From: Naegleria gruberi
Taxonomy: Eukaryota
DNA: 64,000 bases
Reading direction: 5' to 3' (one strand)
Assembly: GCA_000004985.1 (NCBI GenBank)
Contig: GG738900.1
The first letter of the stretch is position 1. Every line of letters begins with the position of its first letter. The notes beneath the pieces were generated by a model. The model did no database searches. It was not told the origin of the DNA and worked only from the letters and a program-made list of their open reading frames with translations. Made by a program: the position numbers and the translations under genes. Positions 29,330 to 41,134 of this stretch are shown here, piece after piece.

Positions 29330-31597
29330 ATGCCATCATCAAAAGAAGAACGAAAATCTTCATCATCAAAAATTGCCGATAAACCTAAATATGAATTGCT
29401 CACAGACAAGGACTTTAAGAGAGCAGAACAATTAACTGAGGAAAAAAAGCTACAAGATAAAGATTTTCAAGACAAGGAAAAGAAACAAAGAAAGGAAAGA
29501 AATGAATTCTTGTTTAAAAAGACCAAGAATTTGTTAAAAACCTACGAGAAATCTAAATTTTATCAAAAGACGAAACTTTTAACAAATGATGCACTTGATA
29601 AGTATAAAAGAAAGAGTACAATCGATGAAAAACCAATCCCTAAAAGGGAGATGGCATTCTACCAATATAAAAACAAATTAGCTAACAAACAAGAAGTTTC
29701 AAGGAATATCCTTTGGACTGATGTCGATCGTTCGAAAGCTGAAGCAAGATTGGCTAGATCCGAAGTTTTGAGAACCAAAGAAAATGAAGAAAGAGGTATT
29801 GAATTGGATGATAGTGATATTTACTCTAAAACATATCAACTTTCACAGGAAGCAATTTTGAAGGATGTAGATGAAAATACTAGAAAGAAAATATTTGATA
29901 TTGAACTTACACAATATTCACCGTATAAGATTCAATATAGTTTGAGTGGTAGAAAATTACTTTTGGGTGGTGTGAAAGGTCACATTTCAACATTGGATTG
30001 GAGAAAATTTGAAATGCTTCATGAAAATCATTTCAGTGAACCATGTAAGGCAGTTCAATGGTTGATGGATGATGGCATGTATGCTGTTGCTCAATCACCA
30101 TTTACCTATGTTTATAATGAACAAGGTGTAGAAATTCACATGTGTAGAGATTTCCATAAGGTTGAATTCCTTTCTTACTTACCTTTCCATTATTTACTTG
30201 TTGGTGCTAGTAGACAACAAAATTTACCAACAGGAAATAGTGGTCAAATCATTTTCAAGGATATTTCATTGGGTGAAAACGTATCAACAGTTAAATTAGA
30301 TCCAATTTCATGCATGACACCAAATCCATATAATGCTGTTATGTGTGTTGGTCATTTGAATGGTACTGTTTCAATGGTATTACCTCGTGATAAGGATTAC
30401 AAACCAGTCGTTTCCATGTTCTGTCATCAAGCTCCAATTAAACATTTGGCAGTTGATCCAACAGGTCGTTATATGGTTACAAGTGCTGCTGATGATAAGG
30501 TTAAAGTTTGGGATATTAGAAATACCTATCAACCATTGACAACAGTTGATACTCTTGAACATCTTAATCAAATTAGACCAAAGAATGGCGATCATATTAC
30601 TTCTATGGCTGTTTCACAATCGGGAATGGTTGCTGTTTCACTTAAACATACAGTAGCAATATGGAAGAATTTGACTCACATAAATCAAGCTGATAAGGAA
30701 ATTTACTTGCTTCACAAGATGCCAAATCATACCACAGTTTCAGATTTATCATTCTGCCCATATGAAGATATTCTTGGTGTTGGTCATTCTAGAGGATTCA
30801 GTAGTTTAATTGTTCCAGGTTCTGGTTCAAGCTCTTACGATTCTAGAATGCCTAATCCTTACTTTACTGATAAACAAGTTAAGGACTTTAACGTGAGAAC
30901 CTTGCTTGAAAAGATTCCATATGAAATGATTTGTTTGGATCCAACAGTGATTGGTACATCAGGTATGAGAGAAAAGGATCACTCCTACTCATCTCAAGTT
31001 GAAATCTCAGAAGAATTGAAACAAGAATTGAGCAGAGTTGGTCTCAAGGAAGAAGAAAGAAAAGAAGCTGAAAAGAGAAAACGTTTAACCTCAAGAGATC
31101 AATACAGAGAAGAACTCTTTAACAAATATCAAGAAATGAAAGCAGCCATACCAAAGAATTGGTATGATGAAGAAGATGCTGATGCTTTGGATCGTTTTGC
31201 CTCATTAAAGAAGAGAAAGATAAAGTACGACGAAAAGAAGAGAGAAGATACTCGAAAGCAACAAGAACAAACTGAAGAATCAGATAGAGTCAAACAATTG
31301 AAGAGACAATTGAGTGGCGATGATTCTGGAGATGAGGAAGAATCATCTGGTGATGAAGACGAAAATATGCTCAAATTATCATCTTCAGGAAAGAAGAAGC
31401 AACAAGAAGGCGACGAAGATGATGAGGAACAAGACGATGAAGAACAAATGGACAATCAAGCTGATGACGACGAAGATGAGGAAGAACAAGAAGACGACGA
31501 AGACCAACAAGCAAACATTTCAGAGGAATCTGATGATTACGAAAGCGATGAAAGTGAGGAAGAAGACACCAACTCAATAATTGATCCATTCGCATAA
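29330..31597 (+). CDS. WD-repeat protein WDR46 / UTP7 (BING4), a small-subunit processome component
   Basis: Extensive identity to human WDR46 across the WD and BING4CT regions. Examples: GGVKGHISTLDWRKFEMLHE.. against GGRKGHLAAFDWVTKKLMCE.., and PNPYNAVMCVGHLNGTVSMV against [20 protein letters not shown], plus VDPTGRYMVTSAADDKVKVWDIRNTYQPL and LLEKIPYEMICLDP. The N-terminus is K/E-rich and the C-terminal tail is acidic. Confidence 0.85.
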   Translation: MPSSKEERKSSSSKIADKPKYELLTDKDFKRAEQLTEEKKLQDKDFQDKEKKQRKERNEFLFKKTKNLLKTYEKSKFYQKTKLLTNDALDKYKRKSTIDEKPIPKREMAFYQYKNKLANKQEVSRNILWTDVDRSKAEARLARSEVLRTKENEERGIELDDSDIYSKTYQLSQEAILKDVDENTRKKIFDIELTQYSPYKIQYSLSGRKLLLGGVKGHISTLDWRKFEMLHENHFSEPCKAVQWLMDDGMYAVAQSPFTYVYNEQGVEIHMCRDFHKVEFLSYLPFHYLLVGASRQQNLPTGNSGQIIFKDISLGENVSTVKLDPISCMTPNPYNAVMCVGHLNGTVSMVLPRDKDYKPVVSMFCHQAPIKHLAVDPTGRYMVTSAADDKVKVWDIRNTYQPLTTVDTLEHLNQIRPKNGDHITSMAVSQSGMVAVSLKHTVAIWKNLTHINQADKEIYLLHKMPNHTTVSDLSFCPYEDILGVGHSRGFSSLIVPGSGSSSYDSRMPNPYFTDKQVKDFNVRTLLEKIPYEMICLDPTVIGTSGMREKDHSYSSQVEISEELKQELSRVGLKEEERKEAEKRKRLTSRDQYREELFNKYQEMKAAIPKNWYDEEDADALDRFASLKKRKIKYDEKKREDTRKQQEQTEESDRVKQLKRQLSGDDSGDEEESSGDEDENMLKLSSSGKKKQQEGDEDDEEQDDEEQMDNQADDDEDEEEQEDDEDQQANISEESDDYESDESEEEDTNSIIDPFA

Positions 31598-31715
31598 ATG
31601 TACAAAAATTCTCTAAATTCTCTAAATTCAATTATTAAGCTAGCTCAAATTCTACCAAATCCTTCAATGGTTTGGAAATAGTAAATTTCTTGTAATCCAG
31701 ATATTTTTCATCACC

Positions 31716-33196
31716 ATGATATTAATAGCATTTGCCAACAAATCTTCAGAAAAAAAAATGTCAAATACAGAGAAGCTTCCTTCATCACATCAAAGCATGA
31801 TGAGGAGATTTTCCTCCTCTTCCCTGATGATGATCGTGATGAGTTTAATGATTGTAGTAATGTTACTCCGATCGGAAGTTAATGCCTTCTCCTATAGAAA
31901 TGCTCCACAAGGAATACATATTGCTCTAACAGGAGTAGAAAGCGAAATGTCGGTTATGTTCTTTACCCAACTCAAATCAAAGAATTATCAAATTATTTAT
32001 TCAACTTCTAGTAATTTGGATATATTGGATGTTAAAGTTAAACAAGAGGTTGAACATTACAAGTATATTGTCTATCAAGTACCTGGAATGTATGAAGAAC
32101 TTACAGTTCATGAATTTATTCTTAAAGGCCTTCCACCAGCAACAAAGATTTATTACAGGATTGCAATGAAAAATGATGAAACAACAACAAGTGAAACATT
32201 CTCTTTCATTACTCAAAAATCAAGAAGTGAATTATTGAAGAGTGATGAACCTTTCCAATTTTTGGTTTATGGTGATATGGATATTTTCAATGATGGACAA
32301 AATACTATTGATTCAATTATGAGAAATCACATGAAGGATACTCAATTCATTCTCCATATTGGTGATATTCCTTATGTTTGGAATCATGAACATGAATACA
32401 AGTGGGAAAAGTGGTTTGATATGATTGAACCAATTACTTCTGCAATGCCATACATTGTTTGTAACGGTAATCATGGTAAGTTTTATTTCATGTAATGAAA
32501 ATTTACAATAATTGTAACTAGAAAACGCTTCTAACTTTACCTCTTACAAGACCAGATTCACTAATAGTACTGTTTCAGTAACAACCAAGTCAAATACTCA
32601 ATCAAACTTGTATTATTCATTTGATTATGGTTCAATTCACTTTATTACTATTAGTAGTGAACATGATTATGCTTTGCAAACAAGATGGATGGAGGAAGAT
32701 CTTGCAAAGGTCAATAGAGAAGAAACTCCATTCATTATTTTCTACTCACACAGACCAATGTATAGCAGTAATGAAAACCATGGAAGTTATGACCCAATCA
32801 GAATTGCAGTTGAACCTCTTTTGAGAAAGTATAAGGTTGACTTGGCATTATTTGGTCACGTTCATGCTTATGGTAAGTAGTGATATCATCTTGTGTAATA
32901 ATGTTTACTAATTTTATTAACAACAGAGAGAACTTGTCCAATCTCGGAACAAGGTGTTTGTGACAAGAAGAAGCACAGAAATTACTTTAAGAATGCTGAT
33001 GGTACCATTCACATCCATGTTGGCACAGCAGGTTTTGAACTTAATCAAAAATGGGATCCAAAACCTGAATGGAGTACATACAGAGAAACTAATCATGGTT
33101 ATCTCAGAATTAAAGTTTTTGGCAAACGTGCTCTTTCTGTCGAATTTTTGAGAAATGGTGTTACAACAGCTGACAGTTTTTTGATTGAGAAATAAA
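31716..33196 (+). CDS. purple acid phosphatase (metallophosphoesterase), 3 exons
   Basis: Metal-ligand motifs GDMD, GDIPY and GNHE are present, the last split across intron 1, together with YYSFDYGSIHFITISSE and FGHVHAYE. Approximate exons are 31716-32475, 32522-32872 and 32927-33196. The introns are 46 and 54 nt. The hydrophobic N-terminus looks like a signal peptide. Confidence 0.8.
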
Positions 33197-33455
33197 TTGG
33201 TGGTCGTTTTTATTAATTTCTTTGAGGAAGTATTCTTGACAATACTTTCTGAACACAATCAAAAAATACAGAACTAATGACATTCAACTGTCAAGGGGTT
33301 TGGAATAAAGATGATTAAGATATAAGGATTCATTTATTTTTTTTCAAATACATTCAATTGATTGAAAAACAGATTGATTAGATAGATTTACATGGATAAA
33401 AATTTACTTGGTTTCTCGAAAACTACAATAAGACCAATTCATGTTACATTCACAA

Positions 33456-34897
33456 TTATAAGAGAAGTTTTCTCAGTGCAGTGAATGTTGCAACTTGATT
33501 ATTAGAAGCAAATTGTTTAACTTTCAGCAAACTTTGATAAAGAGCTCCAACAGTAATTCCCTGTTTGTTCAAATCTTCGACAAGAGGTGCTAATACTTCC
33601 ACTTCTTTTCTTTGGAATGAATAATAAACTAAACTCTTTTGAGCTAAAGAAGCAGAAATTACTTGAATGATTGCCTTCAACTCCACGTCACCCAAGAATG
33701 CCCCACATCCCCAGTTTCCAGTTGAAATCTTATCCATTGTCTTGGAAGATGAGAAACCAGAGAGAGATTTGATAATTTCTCTATCAATGGTTTCCTTTTC
33801 CCATTGTGAAAGGAAATTTAACTTATTGAATATCAAAGCATCAATAGCACTAGTTTGTTTCAATGAATTTCCATTTGAATCCTTATTCAAATCTATAAAA
33901 TTACCAGCATAATCCAAACTAAACGCATAACCCTTGTGTTTAGAATATTGCTCAGCACCAGTAATTAAAATAGATTCCCTATCACCCATGACATGACAGA
34001 ACAATCTGGCAATATTCATTTCAGGACACAATGAGAATTCAATTTCTTCTTGAACTATGTCGAATATTGATTAGTTGAATCACATATAGTATACATACCA
34101 CATCCAAATGAAATAGAAGCTCCTCCAATAAATTTGTTAGCAAAATCAATTTGAACTGCATCATGAGAATCAGCAATAGATCCCTGACTATTAACATGAA
34201 CGTCACATAGTGGCAAATCGCTATATTCAAAGCTTGGAATTGGAGTCAAATAATGTCTTGTAAATGAAATGCCAAGATTTGGATTTGATGAATAATCAGC
34301 AAAACTCTTATGAACTCTAGCAAAATAGTTCAATAACATCATTGTCTTGGCAAATTGAGGTCTAAAATTAGGGAATTTTCCATACATTTCATCATAATTA
34401 ATTGATGGGAAATATTTCCACAATGGATCATAACTGAGTCTATACCAAGTACAGAAAAAGCTATTTGCTAAAATACATGCAGCTCCAAGTTTAGAAATTG
34501 TTAAAGTTTTCGATTCTCCCTTCTTTAAATATTGAATTGATTGTTTAGGAAGATAATCCTCACTCTTTAATACTAAATGTGCAATAAATGGAATAACAGT
34601 ACTCAAGAAATCATCACTATTATAATCGTCAGGATAATATTGTTCCTCAAATAATTCCATAGCTTGATATAATACAAGATACTTGTCGGGATTTTCATCT
34701 TCCTTCTTAGGCTTTCCGAAATGATTCACCTTGATCGATTCAATAATATCAATTACTAATTGTTTGGTGATGGATTTCGGATCTTGTACCATAGGTTGTA
34801 ATTTTGATTGTATAAATGGCCATGATGAATATTCGTATGGAAATTGAACATGTTCGAGCGTGGCTTCGTGATCTTGTGTGACAATGATTTGGGACAT
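33456..34897 (-). CDS. poly(ADP-ribose) glycohydrolase (PARG) catalytic domain, 2 exons
   Basis: The PARG signature is split by a 44-nt intron (about 34098-34055): exon 1 ends ..VQIDFANKFIGGASISFGC and exon 2 begins GCVQEEIEF... Downstream is [34 protein letters not shown], matching PARG [22 protein letters not shown]...VVYFTF. Confidence 0.85.
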
Positions 34898-35029
34898 TTT
34901 TTTTTAATTGTTTACAACTCACTGGAGAGAGAAACGTGAACTTTGTAGAGTTTACAAAACAAATGAACCAGAGTTCAGTTTGCAAAGATTTACAAAATTC
35001 AATGTGTGTTATTTTCATTGATCCATTTC

Positions 35030-35981
35030 TTAAAGTTTTGATTGTCTCTTGTCAATGAGAGAGTAATCATTTGGTCCATAAATTTCCAATCTGTGATATG
35101 AATTAGGAATGCCACTGATATTGTCTGATGACTTGTGGAGACAATCTCCTGGTAAAATGATTATTTGCTTTGGAATTCTTTCTCCATAAACTCCTCTAAC
35201 TGATTCATCCTTGTTATTAATCATTATTGGAAGAATTGGTTGATGATTGAGATCAACATTCTTATTTCTGGACTCCTCAATGATATGATTCCATGTTTGA
35301 TATTTACATAAATGATTCAATATACAATAAGTTGGAGGTGCCAAGAGAATTTTCTTTTGTACAAAACTTGAAATTGCTTCATCTGGTGACATCCATACAG
35401 AGTTGACATTCTCACTTCCATCGTGTGAAATGTCAAATTCAAAATCTTGTTCACTCTTTGGATTGGAAATGTAAAATTTAGTATCAAATCTAGATGGTGC
35501 CAATTCTGGAGTAATCCATCTCTGATATGGAATTAATGAATCAAGATCCAATGTCAAATTATATTGAGATAGCATTTGTTTGAATTGATTGGCTTCATTG
35601 TGAACTACATTTCTCCAATTATTTTGCATAATCTCTTTAACTGGAACCTTTTCCTTGCAAACCAAAAATCCAGCTGTATTTTCAATTGTTAAATATTAAC
35701 AATTCGAAGATTTTCACATTTTACAAACCTTCTTCAAAAGATTCTCTGATAGCACAAACTTTATCCTCATCTCCTAATTGACCATCAGTAGTCTCCAAAG
35801 CACCACCAGGAAAAGTACTACTCTTTGCAAAACTCTTTGATGATTCATTTCTCTCCAATAACAATAATTTATAATCAAAACTTGAATTGGATGATGAAAA
35901 ATTGTAATTTCTCCTTTTCAACCATTCGACAGGAACAAGATAAATTAGAGAGGAAGCTCTTCTCGGAATTGATGGAGGCAT
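35030..35981 (-). CDS. Nudix hydrolase with a C-terminal SKL (PTS1), probably a peroxisomal NUDT19-like CoA diphosphatase
   Basis: The Nudix box is assembled across a 56-nt intron (about 35729-35674): FPGGALETTDGQLGDEDKVCAIRESFEE|AGFLV fits Gx5Ex7REuxEExGu. The protein ends ..DKRQSKL followed by a stop. Confidence 0.75.
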
Positions 35982-36756
35982 TTGTTTTTTCTAAAATTAT
36001 GATTAAATACAGTGATGCAGACGATTCCTTTGAATGTGATGTATTTTTTTATATTGTTCTAACGTTTAATTGTTGATTGATTACAAGTAATATTAAGAGT
36101 TGAATAATATGGTATGAATTATTGGTTGTTTCACATTCCATGACTCAATAACAAAATATTATAAGCAAGTGAGAGAAAGCAGATAAGATCCATTCTCCAA
36201 TATTTGAAATGGATAATGACCCTTTTCAAAACGTAGAACACATGGATAACCACAATTTCAAATTGCAAAGATGAATTTCAACAACAATTGGTTGTAATTT
36301 AAATCCTTCCTTATCAGAAAGTTATTAGACACTAATCAATTCTCATCATTTCAAAGTAAACAAATACAATTCAATCTAATACCTTATTCTTTTAGTTTCC
36401 CCATCAATTATGTTCTTCATTAAATTGGATTCAAAGCTGGTCCTTTCCTCATTTGATGATTATGATGACGACCAAGGCAGCATTATTTTGCTTTCATCCC
36501 GAAGTTGAATTTTTTGAAAAAATATTTGAACTCAAAATCAAGCAAAATAGGACAAGAAAACGCTTTTTTCAATAGAGAGCAAGAATTTAGCTCGTCAGCA
36601 GAGTTGTTTAAATTTATAATATTATTGAAAATATTGTGATATATAATTTATTTTGTTATTATTATTATTAGTGCGAGATAGTTGGTAAACTGCTATTTAT
36701 ATGATAACCAACAACAACAACAATATAAGACTGTAGAATTTTTATTAACCGCAAAG

Positions 36757-38427
36757 ATGCAGTTAAATCTTAACTATTTTGTGAGAGTGTTTATGCTCAA
36801 ACTGTGGTTTTTAATTTTCAATTATCCACTTTCTCTACTTACGGCCATCCTTTCCATGATGATAATTTATAGAGCTTCACAGAAGAAGAATTCGCCTCTT
36901 CCTCTCGATAAAAGATTACCTATTGAAGATAGTAGTAGTGGTACAACACTTGGATCATCAGGAATAGGTTCTCTTATATCTAATTCTGTTAATTCTGTTG
37001 CTGATGTAACAACAGTGACTTCTTCATCTAATAACAACAACAACAACAACTGGTCGGCCACAGTTGCTTCAATTTATAGTTCTTCATCTGATGATGAAAC
37101 GGAAAAACCAACATCAAGATTTACTAGTTTTATTAATTATTTCTGGGGAGGAGGAAAAACTCATCACAACGTTGATGACAATATCAGCACAACAAGTACA
37201 TCATCAGAAAATTCAACAATCTCCCCAGCTGATGGTAATCATATGTATTCCATGTTTGATAATGTTGATTCTAATGATCCAAACCAAAGTAATCTTTTAC
37301 GATGTCCTCCTAAATTATTAGAAGATCCAATGAAGTTGTTGGGAAGAACTGTCTTGATGGTAGGAGGTTGTTGTGAAGGTGTAGGATATGAAATTGCTTA
37401 TGCACTTGCACAGTTAGGTGCTAGAAAGGTTGTTTTAGCTTGTGCAAATGAACATGAAGCCCAAGAAGCAATCGAGAAAATGACAGATATTAGTCGAGGA
37501 GTTGTTGAATTTATGCATCTAGATTTATCTTCCATTCAAAGTATACGTCAATTTGTTAATTTCTATCAAAATGTTATGAATTATGAGTGCCACGTCCTAG
37601 TTAGTACTGTTCTTTGCACAAGACAGAGTAACATGGGAAAGAACACTTCTAATAATAACAGTAGTAGACAATTACAAAACCAATTTATTGGTCCTAGATT
37701 TACCAAAGATGGTTATGAAAAAAACTTCCAACTCAATTATTTGGGAAGAATTATTCTTATTGATATGATGTCGGATATGTTAAAGAGAAATCATACAAGG
37801 GTTGTTAATGTTGTGGAAATATTAAGTGAATCCCTTAAACAACAAAAACCTATGAAAATGATACCTAACTCTGATTTGAATGCTAGTACATTCAAGAAAG
37901 CATATACTGAACAAGACTATTTTAATTACTCTATGAGATGTAATTTATTATGGATTAAAATGTTTGCAAAGAAATATCAACAAGATGGTGTGACAATTTG
38001 TTGTTGCGACCCTGAACTTCCTGGAACCTACAAACCTCCAATTCCTGATATTATTAATCAACCTACCTCTACTTCCTCACTTCTTTCAGATCCATATTTT
38101 ATGGATCCAAACTCACATGATGTATTGTCAATCACTAATGAATACGCTGAAGAAATTACCAATTTTGATAAGATACAAAGTTTACTTTATGGGTCACTAT
38201 GTGATAAGCAATATTTTGAAAATGGTGCCTACATAACGAATTATAGAACTAAAAAACTTCCTTCCTCCTATTCGAATAAGAAAGATATGGAGCTGAATTG
38301 GGAACAAACAGCTTCACTCGTAACAGAGATACAGAGTTCTGTCATTTCTCAACACTCCTCTCCTTCAATCAGTGTTAATTCTTCTCCTACCCTTCCCATC
38401 CCTTCCTCCTCTCAGAACGAACCATAA
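36757..38427 (+). CDS. atypical short-chain dehydrogenase/reductase-like protein with an N-terminal TM segment and Ser/Asn-rich linker
   Basis: A Rossmann-like stretch VLMVGGCCEGVGYEIAYALAQLGARKVVLACANEHEAQEAIEKM...VEFMHLDLSSIQSIRQFV follows the SDR pattern, with GGCCEG in place of TGxxxG. The track ORF begins at 36682 on a non-ATG codon; the first in-frame ATG is at 36757. Confidence 0.5.
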   Translation: MQLNLNYFVRVFMLKLWFLIFNYPLSLLTAILSMMIIYRASQKKNSPLPLDKRLPIEDSSSGTTLGSSGIGSLISNSVNSVADVTTVTSSSNNNNNNNWSATVASIYSSSSDDETEKPTSRFTSFINYFWGGGKTHHNVDDNISTTSTSSENSTISPADGNHMYSMFDNVDSNDPNQSNLLRCPPKLLEDPMKLLGRTVLMVGGCCEGVGYEIAYALAQLGARKVVLACANEHEAQEAIEKMTDISRGVVEFMHLDLSSIQSIRQFVNFYQNVMNYECHVLVSTVLCTRQSNMGKNTSNNNSSRQLQNQFIGPRFTKDGYEKNFQLNYLGRIILIDMMSDMLKRNHTRVVNVVEILSESLKQQKPMKMIPNSDLNASTFKKAYTEQDYFNYSMRCNLLWIKMFAKKYQQDGVTICCCDPELPGTYKPPIPDIINQPTSTSSLLSDPYFMDPNSHDVLSITNEYAEEITNFDKIQSLLYGSLCDKQYFENGAYITNYRTKKLPSSYSNKKDMELNWEQTASLVTEIQSSVISQHSSPSISVNSSPTLPIPSSSQNEP

Positions 38428-38778
38428 AACCCAATTTTCAACAAGTGAAAGAATCAATTATTTTATTAATCATCATCTACAGTAATCAATTTTTCGAAGA
38501 AGAAACAATAGATTTGCGTTTTTTGTCTTGTTCATGGAAGTACAAGAATGTCCACTTTACAAAATTTCCTTCTTATTCAAATACGCACCATCAACAAGTT
38601 CATCAGAGGAAGATAACAAGGTAAACAACGTGTTAAAAATGTGTGGCTTCTCTGTGTTTACTTTCGCTGGCGTTGTCAAAATTGTTCTATAAATACATCC
38701 GTACAAAAAACACATGGTAAAAAAAATGTTCAAAACAACACCGTACCTATTAACAACAGCACACAACATCTCCCACCA

Positions 38779-39894
38779 ATGTCCTTCATTCACTACAATC
38801 CACTGGATGGAACTTCACCAAAGAAGAAGCAATTAACATTGGATGAACTGAAGTCCGTTCTTCACTTAAGCCAAGAGCAAGCTGCTAAAGTACTTGGTAC
38901 ATCTTCTTTCAAACTTCGCTCTTTATTCAAGAAGCATAGAGAGGAGCTTTCTATGGTTAGATGGCCAACACAAAAGGCTAGACAACAAATGCTAACCAAT
39001 AACAACAACAACAACAACATCATAGTGAAGGAAGAAGAAGAATTTCCTAGAGATGAAAATGACTTTCCAATCTTTAAAAAATCTCTCATATACAAGCAAC
39101 AAATCAAAAAGGGCAATAATCCATTCACTTCTATTGAACCTAAAATATTATATCTTCCTTCTCCACTTGAAAATAATCAACATAATGTTAACCATGAATC
39201 AATTTATTCCGGTTATACAGATGATGATAAGATTTTCACCTTTAACAAATATGAACTACAAGATTTCTTACATTTTTTGGAAATGAAAAGATTGGAAAAG
39301 GATATTTGTGATCGTATGATTGGTAGAGTAGCAAATGGATTCAAGAAAGTTGTATTCTGTATGCCAGTTTCAAAGTGTACCAGAAATGTATTTACCAGTT
39401 ACTTTGATATGTATGGAGAACATTGTACAATTAGAAGTAGAAAGGTTCTTGGATACGATTCTATTGGCTGTTTTACAAAAAGAAATGTTTCAAGATATGT
39501 GTTTGAATTTCCATATTTACCAACATTCGGAAATGGACGATGGACTTTGAATCAATATAGTTTAGATAATAATAATTATGAATCGGAATTTGAAGATGGG
39601 GAAGGAATAACAATATTCAACGATTCTACATCAACAACAAGTAGTACATCATCAAATGATTTCAGTTTTCCAGTTATCGAAGACAATGATTATTCATTTT
39701 TAGGAGAGGAGTTGAATGAGTTTAATGAACATTGCAATAGACAATTGGAATTCATGGAAGGATGGGATCATGTTCGAAACATGGTTTATAGATTAAGTGT
39801 TTCTCATAATTCAATCACTCAACTGGTTACAGTTTCATTCGGAATGATTTCTTTGAAGTTGTGGTATGATGGAACCTATAAAGAAACATTTTAA
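38779..39894 (+). CDS. RWP-RK domain protein (NIN-like transcription factor family)
   Basis: LTLDELKSVLHLSQEQAAKVLGTSSFKLRSLFKKHREELSMVRWPTQK matches the RWP-RK domain consensus (I.L.DL...F.L....AA..LGV..T.LK..CR..GI.RWP.RK). First in-frame ATG is at 38779. Confidence 0.65.
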   Translation: MSFIHYNPLDGTSPKKKQLTLDELKSVLHLSQEQAAKVLGTSSFKLRSLFKKHREELSMVRWPTQKARQQMLTNNNNNNNIIVKEEEEFPRDENDFPIFKKSLIYKQQIKKGNNPFTSIEPKILYLPSPLENNQHNVNHESIYSGYTDDDKIFTFNKYELQDFLHFLEMKRLEKDICDRMIGRVANGFKKVVFCMPVSKCTRNVFTSYFDMYGEHCTIRSRKVLGYDSIGCFTKRNVSRYVFEFPYLPTFGNGRWTLNQYSLDNNNYESEFEDGEGITIFNDSTSTTSSTSSNDFSFPVIEDNDYSFLGEELNEFNEHCNRQLEFMEGWDHVRNMVYRLSVSHNSITQLVTVSFGMISLKLWYDGTYKETF

Positions 39895-40002
39895 TAAAGT
39901 ATAACATTTAATCTATCACTTCTATACCATCATTATCACTTACATCAACAAGTTCAACAATAACATTAATCAACTTCAACTTCTGATTCACCTAACAAAG
40001 TA

Positions 40003-40051
40003 TTTTTTGACCCTGCAGTAAAAATAAAAAATTTATTGCAGGGTCAAAAAA
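40003..40051. promoter_or_regulatory. perfect 15-bp stem / 19-nt loop hairpin (ttttttgaccctgca ... tgcagggtcaaaaaa) ending 1 nt before the ATG of the downstream gene
   Basis: The inverted repeat was read directly from the sequence. Two PstI-type ctgcag sites lie in the arms. Confidence 0.6.
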
Positions 40052-40693
40052 ATGCTTAAACAACCCAAACGCAAAAAACAAAAACAGGACCATCAAAACA
40101 CAACTTCATCAATAACAACATCAACCCCAACAACATCAACAACAACAACAACAACTTCATCGATTAGAAAGTGTATTGTTAATTGTATCAATAATCAAAT
40201 ACACTTTTCTAAATCGGAAACACTAGTAACTTTATTAAAAGATTCAATGAATAAGAAGGAGTCATCAAATGAAATTTGTATTGTTTGTAAAAACGGAACA
40301 CCAGATAGTCATAAAGTTAGACCCTATGATCATTTTAAACCACATTCTAAAAAGATTATTAAATTATCAAATAATATTCCTATTAAATCTATTAATAATT
40401 ATGATGAGTTAATTAAAGAAATGATTAGTAATAATTTTGCTAAATTTAAGAATAATAATAATATTATTGAACAATATAATGATTATGTTAATACTAAATT
40501 ACAATTAAATGATGAAGAAAAAGAATTAATATTTACAAATAATTTTTTTAACAAATTTAATTTTAAACATGATAGGCTCGATACTTTAGATTATTTACAT
40601 AAAATTAATACACTACAACAAAAAATTAATACAGCTATTTGTCTTCAAATTCTTTTAAAGAATTTTGTTTCGAAGATAAAAAATTCTGAATAG
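40052..40693 (+). CDS. hypothetical Asn/Thr/Lys-rich 213-aa protein
   Basis: True ATG. The protein is low-complexity (TSSITTSTPTTSTTTTTTSS, NNNN). No family recognised. Confidence 0.4.
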   Translation: MLKQPKRKKQKQDHQNTTSSITTSTPTTSTTTTTTSSIRKCIVNCINNQIHFSKSETLVTLLKDSMNKKESSNEICIVCKNGTPDSHKVRPYDHFKPHSKKIIKLSNNIPIKSINNYDELIKEMISNNFAKFKNNNNIIEQYNDYVNTKLQLNDEEKELIFTNNFFNKFNFKHDRLDTLDYLHKINTLQQKINTAICLQILLKNFVSKIKNSE

Positions 40694-41134
40694 TTTCATG
40701 TAGAATTCCAATATCATCAAATAATAATACTTCATTTGTTTCATTAGAAGTTCTTTCTTTCAAATTTGGTAAAATAATATTATCCTTAAAAAAGTAAAAT
40801 ATTTTAAATCCAGTTATTACTAAATGAATATTAAATAATTGACGTTTAAAATCAGTAGTATCTGAATGTAAATGAGAGCCATTAGTTGAATCTGTAGATA
40901 TCCATAGATCAGTCCATTCAGTACATAATTTAGAATCTTTAATTAATGGTGAAATGGACTTGAATTATGTATTGTTGGACCTGGCCAAAGTATTGTGTTT
41001 AAAGAACATGTTCCTCATGGAACCTTTAATTGGGGTCCTATTACAATAAGTTTTGGACAAACTTATTTTGGAAATGAAATTGAAAAATTGATTTTCAATA
41101 AGAATCCAAATGATATTTCTTTATTGATTCAGGA

